This document shows, in pieces, positions 19,779 to 29,565 of a stretch of 64,000 bases of DNA. Numbering within the stretch: position 1 is the stretch's first letter; every line of letters begins with the position of its first letter. The stretch is from an uncultured Gemmatimonadaceae bacterium (GTDB lineage: Bacteria; Gemmatimonadota; Gemmatimonadetes; Gemmatimonadales; Gemmatimonadaceae). The notes under the pieces were generated by a model that saw nothing but the letters and a program-made list of their open reading frames with translations, had not been told where the DNA came from and did not search any database. The DNA is taken from positions 192,001-256,000 of the forward strand of contig CAWBOC010000007.1 of the NCBI GenBank assembly GCA_963790305.1, in the 5' to 3' direction. The position numbers were made by a program, and so were the translations under genes.

Positions 19779-19900
19779 GAACGGGGACGAAGGATGGAGG
19801 GGCGCTTTCCGGTCCTTCCTTTGCCGAAATCGGGGAACGTTCGCAACCCCCGGTGCGCTGGAGCGTTGTCGTCGACCGGCGCAGGCTCACATCGTTGGGG

Positions 19901-20335
19901 ATGCATCTGTTTTTCGAGCGAGTCTACACGATCGACGAGTGGCAGGGGGGTCCGCGGTCAGGCGTGGCCAACTTCGCGGGCGCTCCACACTTTTTCCGCT
20001 CCGTGCATCCGGAAAATGCCGTGTGGAGCCCGGAGGAGGAGCGCTTCGAGCTCATTCCCCTGTCCTCCGACCTGCTCGAGCTGATCCTCGAAGCCCACGC
20101 ACTCTTCCGCCGGTGGCATCCGGGGCCGCGAACGGGCGGCGAGACCCTCGCCGACGGCTCGGAGCCTGCCGAGGCGCGGGCTCGTTACGAGAATCTCGAG
20201 CGGGAGATTGCCGACGGGCTCGCCAAGCGTCATCCCATTGCGATCATGCGCGGTCATTTCGATTTCGACCCCGACCGCGTGCGGTGGACGCCGATCGACC
20301 GCGCCCGCCCGCATCGCAATGTGTCGCAGAACTAG
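19901..20335 (+). CDS. Hypothetical protein
   Basis: Protein-like ORF (ERVYTIDEWQGGPRSGVANFAGAPH). Confidence 0.65.
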   Translation: MHLFFERVYTIDEWQGGPRSGVANFAGAPHFFRSVHPENAVWSPEEERFELIPLSSDLLELILEAHALFRRWHPGPRTGGETLADGSEPAEARARYENLEREIADGLAKRHPIAIMRGHFDFDPDRVRWTPIDRARPHRNVSQN

Positions 20336-20370
20336 GCCGAAGTCTCCGCATCGTTCCTACCTCCCGTCGT

Positions 20371-20835
20371 ATGCGAACCATACTTCTCGTCACACTCGCT
20401 GCCGCGCTCAGCGGCGTCCTCGCCTGCGGATCCTCCGACGAAGGGGGGCCCGCCTACCTCCAGACGCGCGCGGCCGCCGGCAAGCCGCCGGTCCTCGACA
20501 GCGTCACACACATTCAGGTGATCCCGGCGCCGGTGAAGACAGACGCCGGCGTACGTGCCGATCCCCGCACCGTCACCGATCCCGATTCCATCGCCGCGAT
20601 CGTGACCTTCGTGACTCGCCGCGCCACGGCGTGGAAGTCGAAGCGCGGGCTGCGTGAGACACCGCGCGGGTCCCTCATCCTCGATTTCTACACCGGCCCG
20701 GCGCTGGTCGCGACCGTCGTCGATCGCGGCAGAGACATCTCGCTGCAGGGCTACAAGGTGGGGCTGATTCAAAAGCTCCCCCGCCAGGAGAAAGCGACCC
20801 TGGCGGCGCTCGTGGGGATGCCGGGCGAGCAGTAG
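20371..20835 (+). CDS. Hypothetical lipoprotein
   Basis: Signal peptide with lipobox-like VLAC. Confidence 0.65.
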   Translation: MRTILLVTLAAALSGVLACGSSDEGGPAYLQTRAAAGKPPVLDSVTHIQVIPAPVKTDAGVRADPRTVTDPDSIAAIVTFVTRRATAWKSKRGLRETPRGSLILDFYTGPALVATVVDRGRDISLQGYKVGLIQKLPRQEKATLAALVGMPGEQ

Positions 20836-20874
20836 CGTACGGGGTGGGCGCGCGCCCCAAACCGGAGTCGCATC

Positions 20875-21369
20875 ATGCGCCGTCTTCCCTCGGTCAATGT
20901 CGTGGTGGACACCGGCGCGCTGGTTCGGAATGAGTCGGGCACGATCGCCGGCCCCATCTGGCTGCGCGACGGCGATCCGGACGTTCAGGCGGACTTTCCC
21001 GAGGTCGGATGGGTCGACCTGCCGTTGGCGCTGCTCGCGTCGTGGGTCCAGGAGCTTCAGCGCCTGACGCGGACGTTGCCATCGTCAGGCGCCGAGGTGC
21101 CCTGCCGCTTTCTCGATGGACCGTACTACTTCACCGTTCGAGTCGAAAGCGCGGGCGGGTGGCTGGTGCGCTGCTTCGAGACCCGTGAGCACCCCGCCAC
21201 CGACGATCTCGTCCAGGAGTGGAAGACGGGCAGCTCGGCCTTCCTCGCCAGTGCGGTCCGCGCCGGGCGTGCGGTGCTCGCGCAGTGCGACGCCCACGGA
21301 TGGTGGAGCCGCGAGACCGAGACGCTGCGGCGGTGCCTGGAGTCGGGAAGCCAGTACCGAACGGGCTGA
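20875..21369 (+). CDS. Hypothetical protein
   Basis: GGAG RBS; FPEVGWVD...W...FLDGPY pattern. Confidence 0.7.
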   Translation: MRRLPSVNVVVDTGALVRNESGTIAGPIWLRDGDPDVQADFPEVGWVDLPLALLASWVQELQRLTRTLPSSGAEVPCRFLDGPYYFTVRVESAGGWLVRCFETREHPATDDLVQEWKTGSSAFLASAVRAGRAVLAQCDAHGWWSRETETLRRCLESGSQYRTG

Positions 21370-21429
21370 GCGCTGGACGCGCGGAGCTCGCGGCGCAATC
21401 TTCCGCTAGCGGTCACCTGCGAGACACCC

Positions 21430-21687
21430 TTGGTCGACTACCAGAAGGCATTCGACGAGTTCGACGCGGCGGGCGGACGACGAGCGCTCGAGCAGCATCT
21501 CGCCGAGCTCGATCGCGTTGCCCAGGCGTCGGTGCTCGACGGGATGGAGCCCGATTCGCGTCTCATGGCGCTTCGCGAAGGGCTGCACCGCCTGCTGGCC
21601 GCCCTGAACGATCTCGCTGACAGCGGGACCCCCGACCCAGCGGCCGACGCTGACGGCGTCGGGGGCCGGAACGCCGAGGGCACCTAA
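21430..21687 (+). CDS. Small hypothetical protein
   Basis: Protein-like helical ORF in same-strand run; TTG start. Confidence 0.45.
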   Translation: MVDYQKAFDEFDAAGGRRALEQHLAELDRVAQASVLDGMEPDSRLMALREGLHRLLAALNDLADSGTPDPAADADGVGGRNAEGT

Positions 21688-21728
21688 CGAATGGGCCCGT
21701 CGACGGCCTGCCTCGGAGCCGTCAGCAC

Positions 21729-22223
21729 GTGACGCACGACGTTCGCATTCGCTTCGCCACCGTCGATGATGTCTCGCTCATTCTCACGCTCATCCGCGGA
21801 CTTGCCGAGTACGAGCGGCTGGCCAGCGAGGCAGTGGTGACGGCGGCAGACATTCGCGGATCGCTGTTCGGCGAGCGGCCGCAGGCGGAGGTCCTGATCG
21901 CGGAGGTCGGCGACGACGCGGCAGGGTTCGCGCTGTTCTTCCACAACTACTCGACCTTTCTCGGCAGACGCGGCCTCTACCTCGAGGATCTGTTCGTCTT
22001 CCCCACCCATCGCGGTCGCGGCATTGGCCGCGCACTCATGGCCCGCCTGGCGCAGTTGGCGATCGAGCGCAACTGCGGCCGCTTCGAATGGTGGGTTCTC
22101 GACTGGAACGAGTCCGCCATCCGCTTCTACGAGAGTCTGGGCGCCCGCGCGATGAGTGACTGGACAGTCTACCGCCTCACGGGCGAGCCGCTCGCGCGGC
22201 TGGCCCGTGAACGCTCCGAGTGA
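21729..22223 (+). CDS. GNAT acetyltransferase (diamine acetyltransferase-like)
   Basis: LAEYER, NYSTFLGRRGLYLEDLFV, RGRGIG, VLDWNESAIRFY. Confidence 0.92.
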   Translation: MTHDVRIRFATVDDVSLILTLIRGLAEYERLASEAVVTAADIRGSLFGERPQAEVLIAEVGDDAAGFALFFHNYSTFLGRRGLYLEDLFVFPTHRGRGIGRALMARLAQLAIERNCGRFEWWVLDWNESAIRFYESLGARAMSDWTVYRLTGEPLARLARERSE

Positions 22224-22230
22224 GCCATCC

Positions 22231-22731
22231 ATGCAGATCACGACCGTCAGCGGATTTCTCGAATACTTCGAGAGCATTCGGGAACGCACTCGGCGGGTGG
22301 CACGCTGCATTCCTCCCGAGCGCATCGAGTGGACGCACGCCCCAGGGCGCTTCACGCTCGGAGACCTCGTACGGCATTTGGCGGCAACCGAGCAATGGAT
22401 GTTCGCCGAGAACGTCGCCGGCCGCCCGAGCCGCTATCCGGGGCATGGTATGGAGCTCGCCACGGGATACGATGCCGTGATCGACTATCTCGACCGGATG
22501 CACGCGGAGTCGATCGAAATCTTCGCGTCGCTTTCCGACGACGCGTTGCGGCAGCGCTGCACGACGCCCTCCGGGATCGCGCTTGCCACGTGGAAGTGGC
22601 TCCGGGCGATGGTCGAGCACGAGGTGCATCATCGCGGACAGATCTATCTCATGCTCGGGATGATCGACGTTCCGACGCCGCCACTGTACGGGATGACGTC
22701 AGAGGAGGTCCGAAGCCGGTCCATTTCGTGA
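22231..22731 (+). CDS. DinB family protein
   Basis: FTLGDLVRH, EHEVHHRGQ. Confidence 0.9.
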   Translation: MQITTVSGFLEYFESIRERTRRVARCIPPERIEWTHAPGRFTLGDLVRHLAATEQWMFAENVAGRPSRYPGHGMELATGYDAVIDYLDRMHAESIEIFASLSDDALRQRCTTPSGIALATWKWLRAMVEHEVHHRGQIYLMLGMIDVPTPPLYGMTSEEVRSRSIS

Positions 22732-22773
22732 CGGCCGATTCCATCGCGGTGGTCCGCCCGACATCTTCCATGG

Positions 22774-23067
22774 GTGAACATTCGCATCGTCAACCTGAGT
22801 GGCGGCCGCTTGTCTCGCGGTAAGACGATCGCGCTCGCGATCGCGGCGGTGGCGATCGGCGGCGTCTTCCTCGCATTTGGCATCGCGCTGCTCGCGACGC
22901 TTGCGCTCGTGGGGACGGTGGTCGCCGCGGGGGTGGCCATCGCGCGTCTCGTACGGGGGCGGCCGGCGCTTCCGACGCGCCAGCGACCGCTGGATCCGTC
23001 GATGGAGGTCTTTCCCCCTCGCACCGATGAGTCGCGGCGCGTCGAAGGCGGATCGCCGGAACGGTAA
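22774..23067 (+). CDS. Small membrane protein
   Basis: Two hydrophobic segments. Confidence 0.55.
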   Translation: MNIRIVNLSGGRLSRGKTIALAIAAVAIGGVFLAFGIALLATLALVGTVVAAGVAIARLVRGRPALPTRQRPLDPSMEVFPPRTDESRRVEGGSPER

Positions 23068-23077
23068 GGGCGGCGCC

Positions 23078-23401
23078 CTGTCGACGTACGCGCGTGTGTA
23101 CGCCGTCGTGCGTCGCGTCCCCGCCGGACGAATAGCGACCTACGGACAGGTGGCGCGCGTCGCCGGCCTCGGTGACCACGCGCGCATGGTTGGCTATGCG
23201 CTGGCTGCGCTTCCCAATGGAACTACCGTTCCCTGGCACCGGGTCATCAATGCGCAAGGGACGGTGAGCCGGCGCCGCTCGGGAGACTCGTTGAGCCAGC
23301 GCATGCGTCTCGAGCGCGAAGGCGTCCGCTTCGACGCCCGCGGCCGGGTGTCGTTCGCGACGTTCGCCTGGCGGCCGCGCGGCCAACGTGGTCCGTCCTA
23401 A
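23078..23401 (+). CDS. atl: Alkyltransferase-like protein (MGMT family, Trp in place of the active-site Cys)
   Basis: VPAGRIATYGQVA, ARMVGYAL, PWHRVIN; start uncertain (CTG 23078 or GTG 23096). Confidence 0.85.
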   Translation: MSTYARVYAVVRRVPAGRIATYGQVARVAGLGDHARMVGYALAALPNGTTVPWHRVINAQGTVSRRRSGDSLSQRMRLEREGVRFDARGRVSFATFAWRPRGQRGPS

Positions 23402-23494
23402 CGAGCGCTTGGGACGGATAGCATTGGGTTGCCTGTCGCGGTGCCGCGCGCTATCCTAGCGGCCGACGCCTCATTCCTTTCGATGGAGCTCGCC

Positions 23495-23887
23495 ATGCGC
23501 CCGTCCCCTCTCGTCGCCCTTACGCTCTTGCTGTTCGTCACGGCTGCGTGCGCTTCGTCCGGGCCAGGGACCCGAACTTCGGGCCGCCGCGACACCCGGG
23601 TGTTGAGCGCCGAAGAGATCAGGGCCGCCTCCGCATCGACCATGTACGACGTGATTCGCTCGCAACGCCCGGAATGGTTGATCAAGCGCGGGCAGACGAG
23701 CATCAACATGGAAGGCGACATCGTGGTCTACGTCGACAACGTGGCGCTCGGCGGCCCCGAGTCGCTGAAGAGCATCAATGTCCAGAGCGTGCAAAGCGCG
23801 CGATTTCTCAACGCGTCCGAGGCGCAGATGCGCTACGGCGTGGGGCACATGCACGGGGCGATCGTGGTGGTGACGCGAACCTCGTAG
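23495..23887 (+). CDS. Lipoprotein with TonB-plug-like domain
   Basis: Lipobox TAAC; VYVDNV...L..I....V...RFL.ASEA..RYG...GAIVV. Confidence 0.7.
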   Translation: MRPSPLVALTLLLFVTAACASSGPGTRTSGRRDTRVLSAEEIRAASASTMYDVIRSQRPEWLIKRGQTSINMEGDIVVYVDNVALGGPESLKSINVQSVQSARFLNASEAQMRYGVGHMHGAIVVVTRTS

Positions 23888-23980
23888 GTCGTCGAGGTTG
23901 TCGAGGTCGTCAAGGTGATCGAGGAGAAGCGATGCCGTTCCTCGATCACCTCGATGACCTGGACGCCCTCGACCACCTCG
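23886..23980. repeat. Family A inverted tandem 9-mer element between convergent genes
   Basis: gtcgtcgaggttgtcgaggtcgtcaaggtgatcgagg...cctcgatcacctcgatgacctggacgccctcgaccacctcg. Confidence 0.9.
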
Positions 23981-23982
23981 GG

Positions 23983-24354
23983 CTACTGCGGCGGTATGAT
24001 CAGCTGCACCACATCGCCGTCTCTGACGAAGATCTCTTCGCTGACCGGCGCTCGGTTGCCGCCAATGGGGTCGGCCTGGAATCGCAGCACACCCGAGCCG
24101 TTGATGAGCACGCTGGGGATCGAGAGCATCTGGGTCGAGAGCGCGTTGACGAGACCGAGGCGACGACGCTCGGAGCCGCGCACGACGTAGACGGTCATGT
24201 CGAGCATGCTGCGGTTCTCGACGCGCACGAACGCCTCGGGGCGGTGGCTCGCTGGGGCGCCGGACGCACCGGTCGATTTACAGGCGGCAACGGCGAGCAG
24301 TGCGACGAGCCCGCCGGTAAGGGCGAGCGCAGTGCGGAATTGAGCGCGACGCAC
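23983..24354 (-). CDS. Hypothetical lipoprotein (beta-rich)
   Basis: AAGGAG RBS, lipobox VAAC. Confidence 0.75.
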   Translation of the reverse strand: MRRAQFRTALALTGGLVALLAVAACKSTGASGAPASHRPEAFVRVENRSMLDMTVYVVRGSERRRLGLVNALSTQMLSIPSVLINGSGVLRFQADPIGGNRAPVSEEIFVRDGDVVQLIIPPQ

Positions 24355-24706
24355 GTGTCACTCCTTGATGAAGGCGGTTCCTCGCGACAAGATGCTCAGG
24401 GACGCTCGCGGGCGCCATGCCGGGGGAGCCTAACGATCGTCGAGGTCATCGCAGGCACCCGGTCGTCGGGCGGGTCGCCAATGCAAGTGCGGTAACAGGT
24501 GTTGTGCGCCGCGCGCGCGCATCGCCGCCGGGGCGGCCTGGTCCACGGTCGCTCGCAGGCTCCATGCATTACGAGGCTGGCATGACGCGCCACGGGCGTG
24601 TACATTCTCCAATGTTCACTTGGGCAGTTAGGCACCCGTGACCGTCACGGGCAGCTATTGACCACCGGGCGCGGGCGAAGCGGTCAGCGCCGGAAGAGGT
24701 GATTTC

Positions 24707-25015
24707 ATGGGAAAGAATGGACTGAGAAGCCCCGGCCCCGGCATCAGCCGGATCGATCAGGATTCGACGCGGACGCACGGGTACTTTGTACGGGTGGGCT
24801 ATCGACTCACCGACAAGGGGTGGCGTCCCAAGTTCTCCGCGTTCTTCGGCGACGCGACCCACAAGGGAGCCGGAGGCGCCCTGCGCGCCGCGAAGGCGTG
24901 GCACAAGGAGATGTCTGGTTCTGCCGGAAAGTCCAAGCGCAATGGCAAGGCGAAACCCAAGGCGAAGGGCACGCGCAAGAAGACCACCGCGCGGCGTCGG
25001 ACGGCACGCCGTTGA
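24707..25015 (+). CDS. Small basic protein, AP2-like DNA-binding domain with K/R-rich tail
   Basis: GAGGTG RBS; GISRID...HGYFVRV...FFGD....GALRAAKAW. Confidence 0.65.
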   Translation: MGKNGLRSPGPGISRIDQDSTRTHGYFVRVGYRLTDKGWRPKFSAFFGDATHKGAGGALRAAKAWHKEMSGSAGKSKRNGKAKPKAKGTRKKTTARRRTARR

Positions 25016-25108
25016 TCAGGTGAGATCCCAGGGCTCCGCCTCGGCGGCGCCCCATCGTGCAGCGGCGTCCTCACGGGCGCCGCTTTCGTTTCTCCTCCGG
25101 AGGTTCCC

Positions 25109-25648
25109 ATGACAATGACGTCCGTGGATCCGCGGTATCCGATCGGAAAATTCCAGTGGAGCGGCGGCGTGGCGACGCCGCAGGAGCGCGCCGAACGCAT
25201 CGCTCGCATCGAGGCGTGCCCGTCCGAGATGCGCGCGGCGGTGCGCGGGCTCAATGACGCGCAGCTCGACACGCCGTATCGCAATGGCGGGTGGACGGTG
25301 CGACAGGTCGTGCACCACGTTCCCGACAGCCACGTCAACGCCTATGTCCGCTTCAAGCTCGGCCTCACCGAGGATGTGCCGACGATCAAGCCGTACGAGG
25401 AGAATAGCTGGGCGCAGCTTCCCGATTCGCGCACCGCGCCAATCGAGGTGTCGCTGGCGATCCTCGAGAGCGTGCACGTGCGCTGGGTCATGGTCCTGCG
25501 CGCGATGCGTGACGCCGACTTCGCACGCCAGATCAACCATCCGGAGACAGGGGTCCAGACGCTCGACCGCGTGCTCGCGCTGTATGCGTGGCATGGCAAG
25601 CATCACATTGCGCATGTGACATCGCTCCGCGAGCGGCGAGGGTGGTGA
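25109..25648 (+). CDS. YfiT/BstA-like DinB-family thiol transferase
   Basis: DPRYPIG, LDTPYRNGGWTVRQVVHHVPDSH, YAWHGKHH. Confidence 0.9.
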   Translation: MTMTSVDPRYPIGKFQWSGGVATPQERAERIARIEACPSEMRAAVRGLNDAQLDTPYRNGGWTVRQVVHHVPDSHVNAYVRFKLGLTEDVPTIKPYEENSWAQLPDSRTAPIEVSLAILESVHVRWVMVLRAMRDADFARQINHPETGVQTLDRVLALYAWHGKHHIAHVTSLRERRGW

Positions 25649-25798
25649 GCGCGCTGCACGGGCGTTAGGTTCGGCTCATGGACGACCGGTGCGCGTGGCG
25701 CGACGCCGGTGCCGGTCGTCTTTCTGACGTGCACCGCCCCACCGCCACCGGTCCCGTTGGCCGGCTGGACCCGCCGCTGTTTTCGCTGGAGTCGTCCC

Positions 25799-26185
25799 AT
25801 GTCGCATCGTGATCTGGGTGCCGTCGCCCTCGCGCTCGGCATCGCCCTCTTCGCCCCTGCGTCCCTCGGCGCACAGAGCGCCGATTCTGCTCGCGCACCG
25901 CACATGATGGCCGCCGTTGTCGTCAACGGCTCGCGCGGGCGGCCCACCGCCGTTGAAAACGCACGACTGAAACGCGATCTCGCGAAATACGACGCGCGCA
26001 TCGCCACGCTTCAACACCACCTCGATAGCCTCAGGACATACGCGGACTCGCTCGACCGCGACCGCGCGCACTTCGAGGCGGCCGCCGCACAAGCACGTGC
26101 GCGCCGAACGGCCATCGAGCAGCGTCTCCGTCAGTTGGAGACCCGTCCGGCATCGCCGGCGGACTCCCCGAACGCGACCCCCTGA
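25799..26185 (+). CDS. Secreted coiled-coil hypothetical protein
   Basis: GGAG RBS, signal peptide, heptad pattern. Confidence 0.65.
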   Translation: MSHRDLGAVALALGIALFAPASLGAQSADSARAPHMMAAVVVNGSRGRPTAVENARLKRDLAKYDARIATLQHHLDSLRTYADSLDRDRAHFEAAAAQARARRTAIEQRLRQLETRPASPADSPNATP

Positions 26186-26201
26186 TCGGGCACTCCCGAA
26201 G

Positions 26202-26243
26202 AAAAGGCGCGGGGCAGCCGGCTGGCTGCCCCGCGCCTTTTTT
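26202..26243 (+). terminator. Rho-independent terminator
   Basis: AAAAGGCGCGGGGCAGCC-ggct-GGCTGCCCCGCGCCTTTTTT. Confidence 0.88.
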
Positions 26244-26309
26244 GCGCCGGTCCTGGAATTGCGCGCCGATCGTGAAGTATGCACGTTGTCATGGACAACG
26301 GAGGGAGTC

Positions 26310-26861
26310 ATGAGCCACCACGAGGAACGCGCGCCCGACGACGCGCTTCGGAACCATCCCCTGCGAGACACGCAGGAGTTCGCGAGCGATATCCGTATTC
26401 GTGAGGCATCGGTCGACGAGCCCCGCGTGGGCGCCGCCGGTGCCGTGGGCGGCGCGGGTGGAGCGCTCGCGGGCGCGGGGATCGGCACCATCGTCGGCGG
26501 CCCGGTGGGCGCCATCATCGGCGCGATCGCCGGCGCCGTTGGCGGTTGGTGGGCGGGCCAGGCGGCGGCCGATCCCGCGACGACCATCACGCCTGAGGAC
26601 GAGGCCCGCTACCGCTCGCTGTACGAGCAGTCGCCGAATCGGCTCGCCGACCGTTCGTACGAGGATGTACGACCGTTTTACCACCTGGGCCACGTCGCCA
26701 GGAACAACCCCGACTACCAGAAGCGCGCCTTCGAGGAGATCGAGTCCGACCTGGAAAAGGGCTGGACGCCAGACCTCCGCGCGCGGTATGGCGAATGGGT
26801 CTACGCACGACAGTACGCGCGGGAGGCGTTTACGGGGAGAGAGCGGGCCGACGAGGATTAG
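26310..26861 (+). CDS. Glycine-zipper-containing hypothetical protein
   Basis: GGAGGGAG RBS; GAVGGAGGALAGAGIG...GGPVGAIIGAIAG. Confidence 0.8.
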   Translation: MSHHEERAPDDALRNHPLRDTQEFASDIRIREASVDEPRVGAAGAVGGAGGALAGAGIGTIVGGPVGAIIGAIAGAVGGWWAGQAAADPATTITPEDEARYRSLYEQSPNRLADRSYEDVRPFYHLGHVARNNPDYQKRAFEEIESDLEKGWTPDLRARYGEWVYARQYAREAFTGRERADED

Positions 26862-26932
26862 CGGAATACGGAGTGCGGAATGCGGATTGATGTGGTGTCC
26901 AAATAGTTTCCGCATTCCGCATCCCGCATTCG
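26861..26932. repeat. Family D inverted tandem 7-mer element (TGCGGAA / TTCCGCA)
   Basis: gcggaatacggagtgcggaatgcgga...tccgcattccgcatcccgcattcg between convergent genes. Confidence 0.85.
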
Positions 26933-26934
26933 TG

Positions 26935-28419
26935 CTACCGATAGGTTTCGAAAAACCCGACTCCCTCTCCATCCACCCGGCGGCCGGCGATCACACCACG
27001 CACGCGGGCGCGGCCCTTCATCTGGATGAAGTACGGAGTCGGCAGCGCGGCGGCCTGCGGGTCGCCGCGCTCGTCCATGGGAAGACGCGAGTCGGACCCG
27101 ATCGCGTCATCGATCGTCAGCTCGACGATCACCGTATCGCCGCCCCGCGCATCGGCCATCGTCGCCCTCGACGGGACCCGGAGCCGGCGACCATTCACGA
27201 CGATCGACCGGTCGTCCTCGTAGTCGATGCTGCGGGGCCGGTACAGTCCGGCGAACCCTAACGAGTCCACCACGTAGAGAAACAGGGGCGGACGCGAGGC
27301 GAGCGTGTCGGGAGAATGGACGCGGCCGTACAGAAACGTCAGCGGCCCGGCGCGCGCCGCGCCCCACTCCCAGGTGACGCCGCGCCACACCCCCCAGTTG
27401 TGGTCGTGATACGCCTGCGCGTCCGATACGACCTCGCACGAGCCTGCGATGCAGAGGCGGCCGCTGGCGGATGCGCGAAGCGCGGGCACCGTGTAGCCTG
27501 ATGTGAATTCGCCACTCGCCAGCGTCGCGCCGGGGAAATACGCCCCGGGCGCCGGGACGATCACGAGATCAACCGTCGCGCGCTCGCCCCGGGGCCCCTC
27601 GCCACTGGCCACGACATGATAGCGTCCGCCGTCGAGCAGTCGCACGCGCGACTCGCCCATCGTGAGATCGGGACTCGAGAGCGAGAAGCTCACCCGTGAG
27701 GCATCGTGCGCGCGGGTAAAGCGAGTCATCGCTCCGTCCTGCTCGCGACGCGTCATGCTGACCAGACCACCCCAATCATCGCCGGTCACGTCGCCACCGA
27801 CGATCAACGAGATGAACCACCACCGCCGTGCATTGGGAGACAGCACGTTGAAGTAGTGCCACTCTCCCCAGCTCTCCCGGTGGGCGACATCGGCTGGCGG
27901 CAAATGAAATCGATCGATGTCGGCGTACAATTGCATGACGCTCGGCGCCATCCAGCGCTGGTCCCCGGCATCATCCTCCCATACGCCGGCGCGAAGCGCA
28001 GGCATTGCTCCCACCAATGCCGTCCGCGACGGAATCTCTCCCGTCGCGCGCACTGGATACTCACGACCATCGGCGCGGAGATAGAGCAGCTTCCCCTCGA
28101 TCTGCGGTGCCGCCGACGCGACCACGCTCGAGAACCGTGGCGCGGCCAGCAGCTGCCGATAGATGAAGCGCGCATGATCGATGGAGAAGAAAAGCCCGCC
28201 GACGCCACCGGTCTTCATCACCTCGAGATCGATTCCCTCCGGCAAGACCGTGACATTGCCGCCACCGACGAGCTTCTCATCGCGCGCCTGCACCAGCAGC
28301 GCCTCCCCGATCGCGAGCAGCACGATCATCACTCCCACGCCGAGTCCATACCCGGCGAGCAGAAAGCCGGAGCGAAGGGGACGATGCGTGAGGTTTCGCA
28401 GCGCGAGCAGCCCAATCAT
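26935..28419 (-). CDS. MacB-like first TM segment fused to an AttH/CrtC-like (lipocalin/hydratase-type) domain
   Basis: ALRNL..RPLRS..L..G..LGVGV N-terminus; [19 protein letters not shown] motifs. Confidence 0.7.
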   Translation of the reverse strand: MIGLLALRNLTHRPLRSGFLLAGYGLGVGVMIVLLAIGEALLVQARDEKLVGGGNVTVLPEGIDLEVMKTGGVGGLFFSIDHARFIYRQLLAAPRFSSVVASAAPQIEGKLLYLRADGREYPVRATGEIPSRTALVGAMPALRAGVWEDDAGDQRWMAPSVMQLYADIDRFHLPPADVAHRESWGEWHYFNVLSPNARRWWFISLIVGGDVTGDDWGGLVSMTRREQDGAMTRFTRAHDASRVSFSLSSPDLTMGESRVRLLDGGRYHVVASGEGPRGERATVDLVIVPAPGAYFPGATLASGEFTSGYTVPALRASASGRLCIAGSCEVVSDAQAYHDHNWGVWRGVTWEWGAARAGPLTFLYGRVHSPDTLASRPPLFLYVVDSLGFAGLYRPRSIDYEDDRSIVVNGRRLRVPSRATMADARGGDTVIVELTIDDAIGSDSRLPMDERGDPQAAALPTPYFIQMKGRARVRGVIAGRRVDGEGVGFFETYR

Positions 28420-29565
28420 GACGGCGAGCTCCACGGTGGGCCCTCACCCGGGCGCGACATCTCGAATCGAATGACCCCGTCGGTCGCCGTCGCCTCCCAC
28501 ACGTCTGCCCACACGCCGTAATCGAACCAGCGATACGTCGCACGAGCTGCCGCGTCGCGCACGCGTGCGTCGTCAGTCCCGAGGGTCACGCTTCTCCCAG
28601 ACGTCTCGAGCGTGGCCCGCGCACGAGCCGCATCGAGCGCACGTGACGGATTCGCCGCGGGGAATGTATGCTCGATCGCCGTCAGCTCCTCGGCCGACAA
28701 CCGCACCGGGGTCCACGTCGCGCGCGTACCATCCCGTGTCGTCTCCCCACGCGCCAGGAGCGCGCGCACTTCGTCGCACTGGCGACCGACGAACAGCCAC
28801 GCGATCAAGGTGCGGAGCGGCCAATCGACCGTGCGCTCACGTGCTCCTTCCTGCATCCGCACTGGTACGCGCACGGTCTCCTCCCGCACCCGATCGTCTA
28901 TGATGACGCCGTCGCGCATGTGCACGACGCGTCGTGCCGCCGCGGCGAGCTCTTCGTCGTGCGTGACCACCACGACGGTCGTCCCCTCATGGTTCAGCCG
29001 CGACAACAGCGCGATGATCTCGGCACCGGTGCGCGCATCGAGCTCGCCGGTGGGCTCATCGGCGAGCAGTAACGCCGGCCCATTCGCGAGCGCCCGCGCG
29101 ATCGCCACGCGCTGCTGCTCTCCGCCGGAGAGTTGTGCCGGCCGATGGCGCGCGCGCGCGCCCAATCCAACGTACGTCAGCAGCTCTGTGGCGCGCTTCC
29201 GTCGCTCGTGCTTTCCCGACGCCCGCCTCCGACAGCGGCAGCTCGATGTTCTCGCGCGCCGTGAGGGCGGGCACGAGATAGAACCGCTGAAAGACGAATC
29301 CGACCTCGAGCAGCCTGAACCGCGTCGCCTCGCGATCACCGAGTGAGGAGACGTCCCGTCCCTTCACGAACACGCGCCCCGTGGAGGGCGTGTCGATGGC
29401 GCCCAGCAGGTTGAGCAGCGTCGATTTGCCGCAGCCCGAAGGTCCGACGATCGCCACCCATTCGCCGGCGTCGATCGACAGGCTCACGCCGCGCACCGCA
29501 TGCACCACGTCCTCACCCAACCGATAGTCCCGCCGCACCTCCTCGGCCCGCACGAGCTGGCTCAC
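28416..29565 (-). CDS. ABC transporter ATP-binding protein (LolD/MacB type) with extra C-terminal domain; single-base frameshift near 29213
   Basis: GPSGCGKST in one frame, [20 protein letters not shown] in the next; removing one A from GGGAAAGCAC restores [11 protein letters not shown]. Confidence 0.88.

Noticed and set aside
24355..24706. Possible ncRNA or riboswitch in a 350-bp divergent intergenic region
   Set aside because: No recognisable conserved motif or terminator; cannot be supported without a covariance search
14347..25648. Three DinB-family genes as a dedicated system
   Set aside because: Scattered, from different subfamilies, and common in soil bacteria
29205..29220. Programmed frameshift at GGGAAAG in the ABC ATPase
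   Set aside because: Heptamer is not in the X XXY YYZ phase, the needed shift is +1, and similar indels occur in unrelated genes
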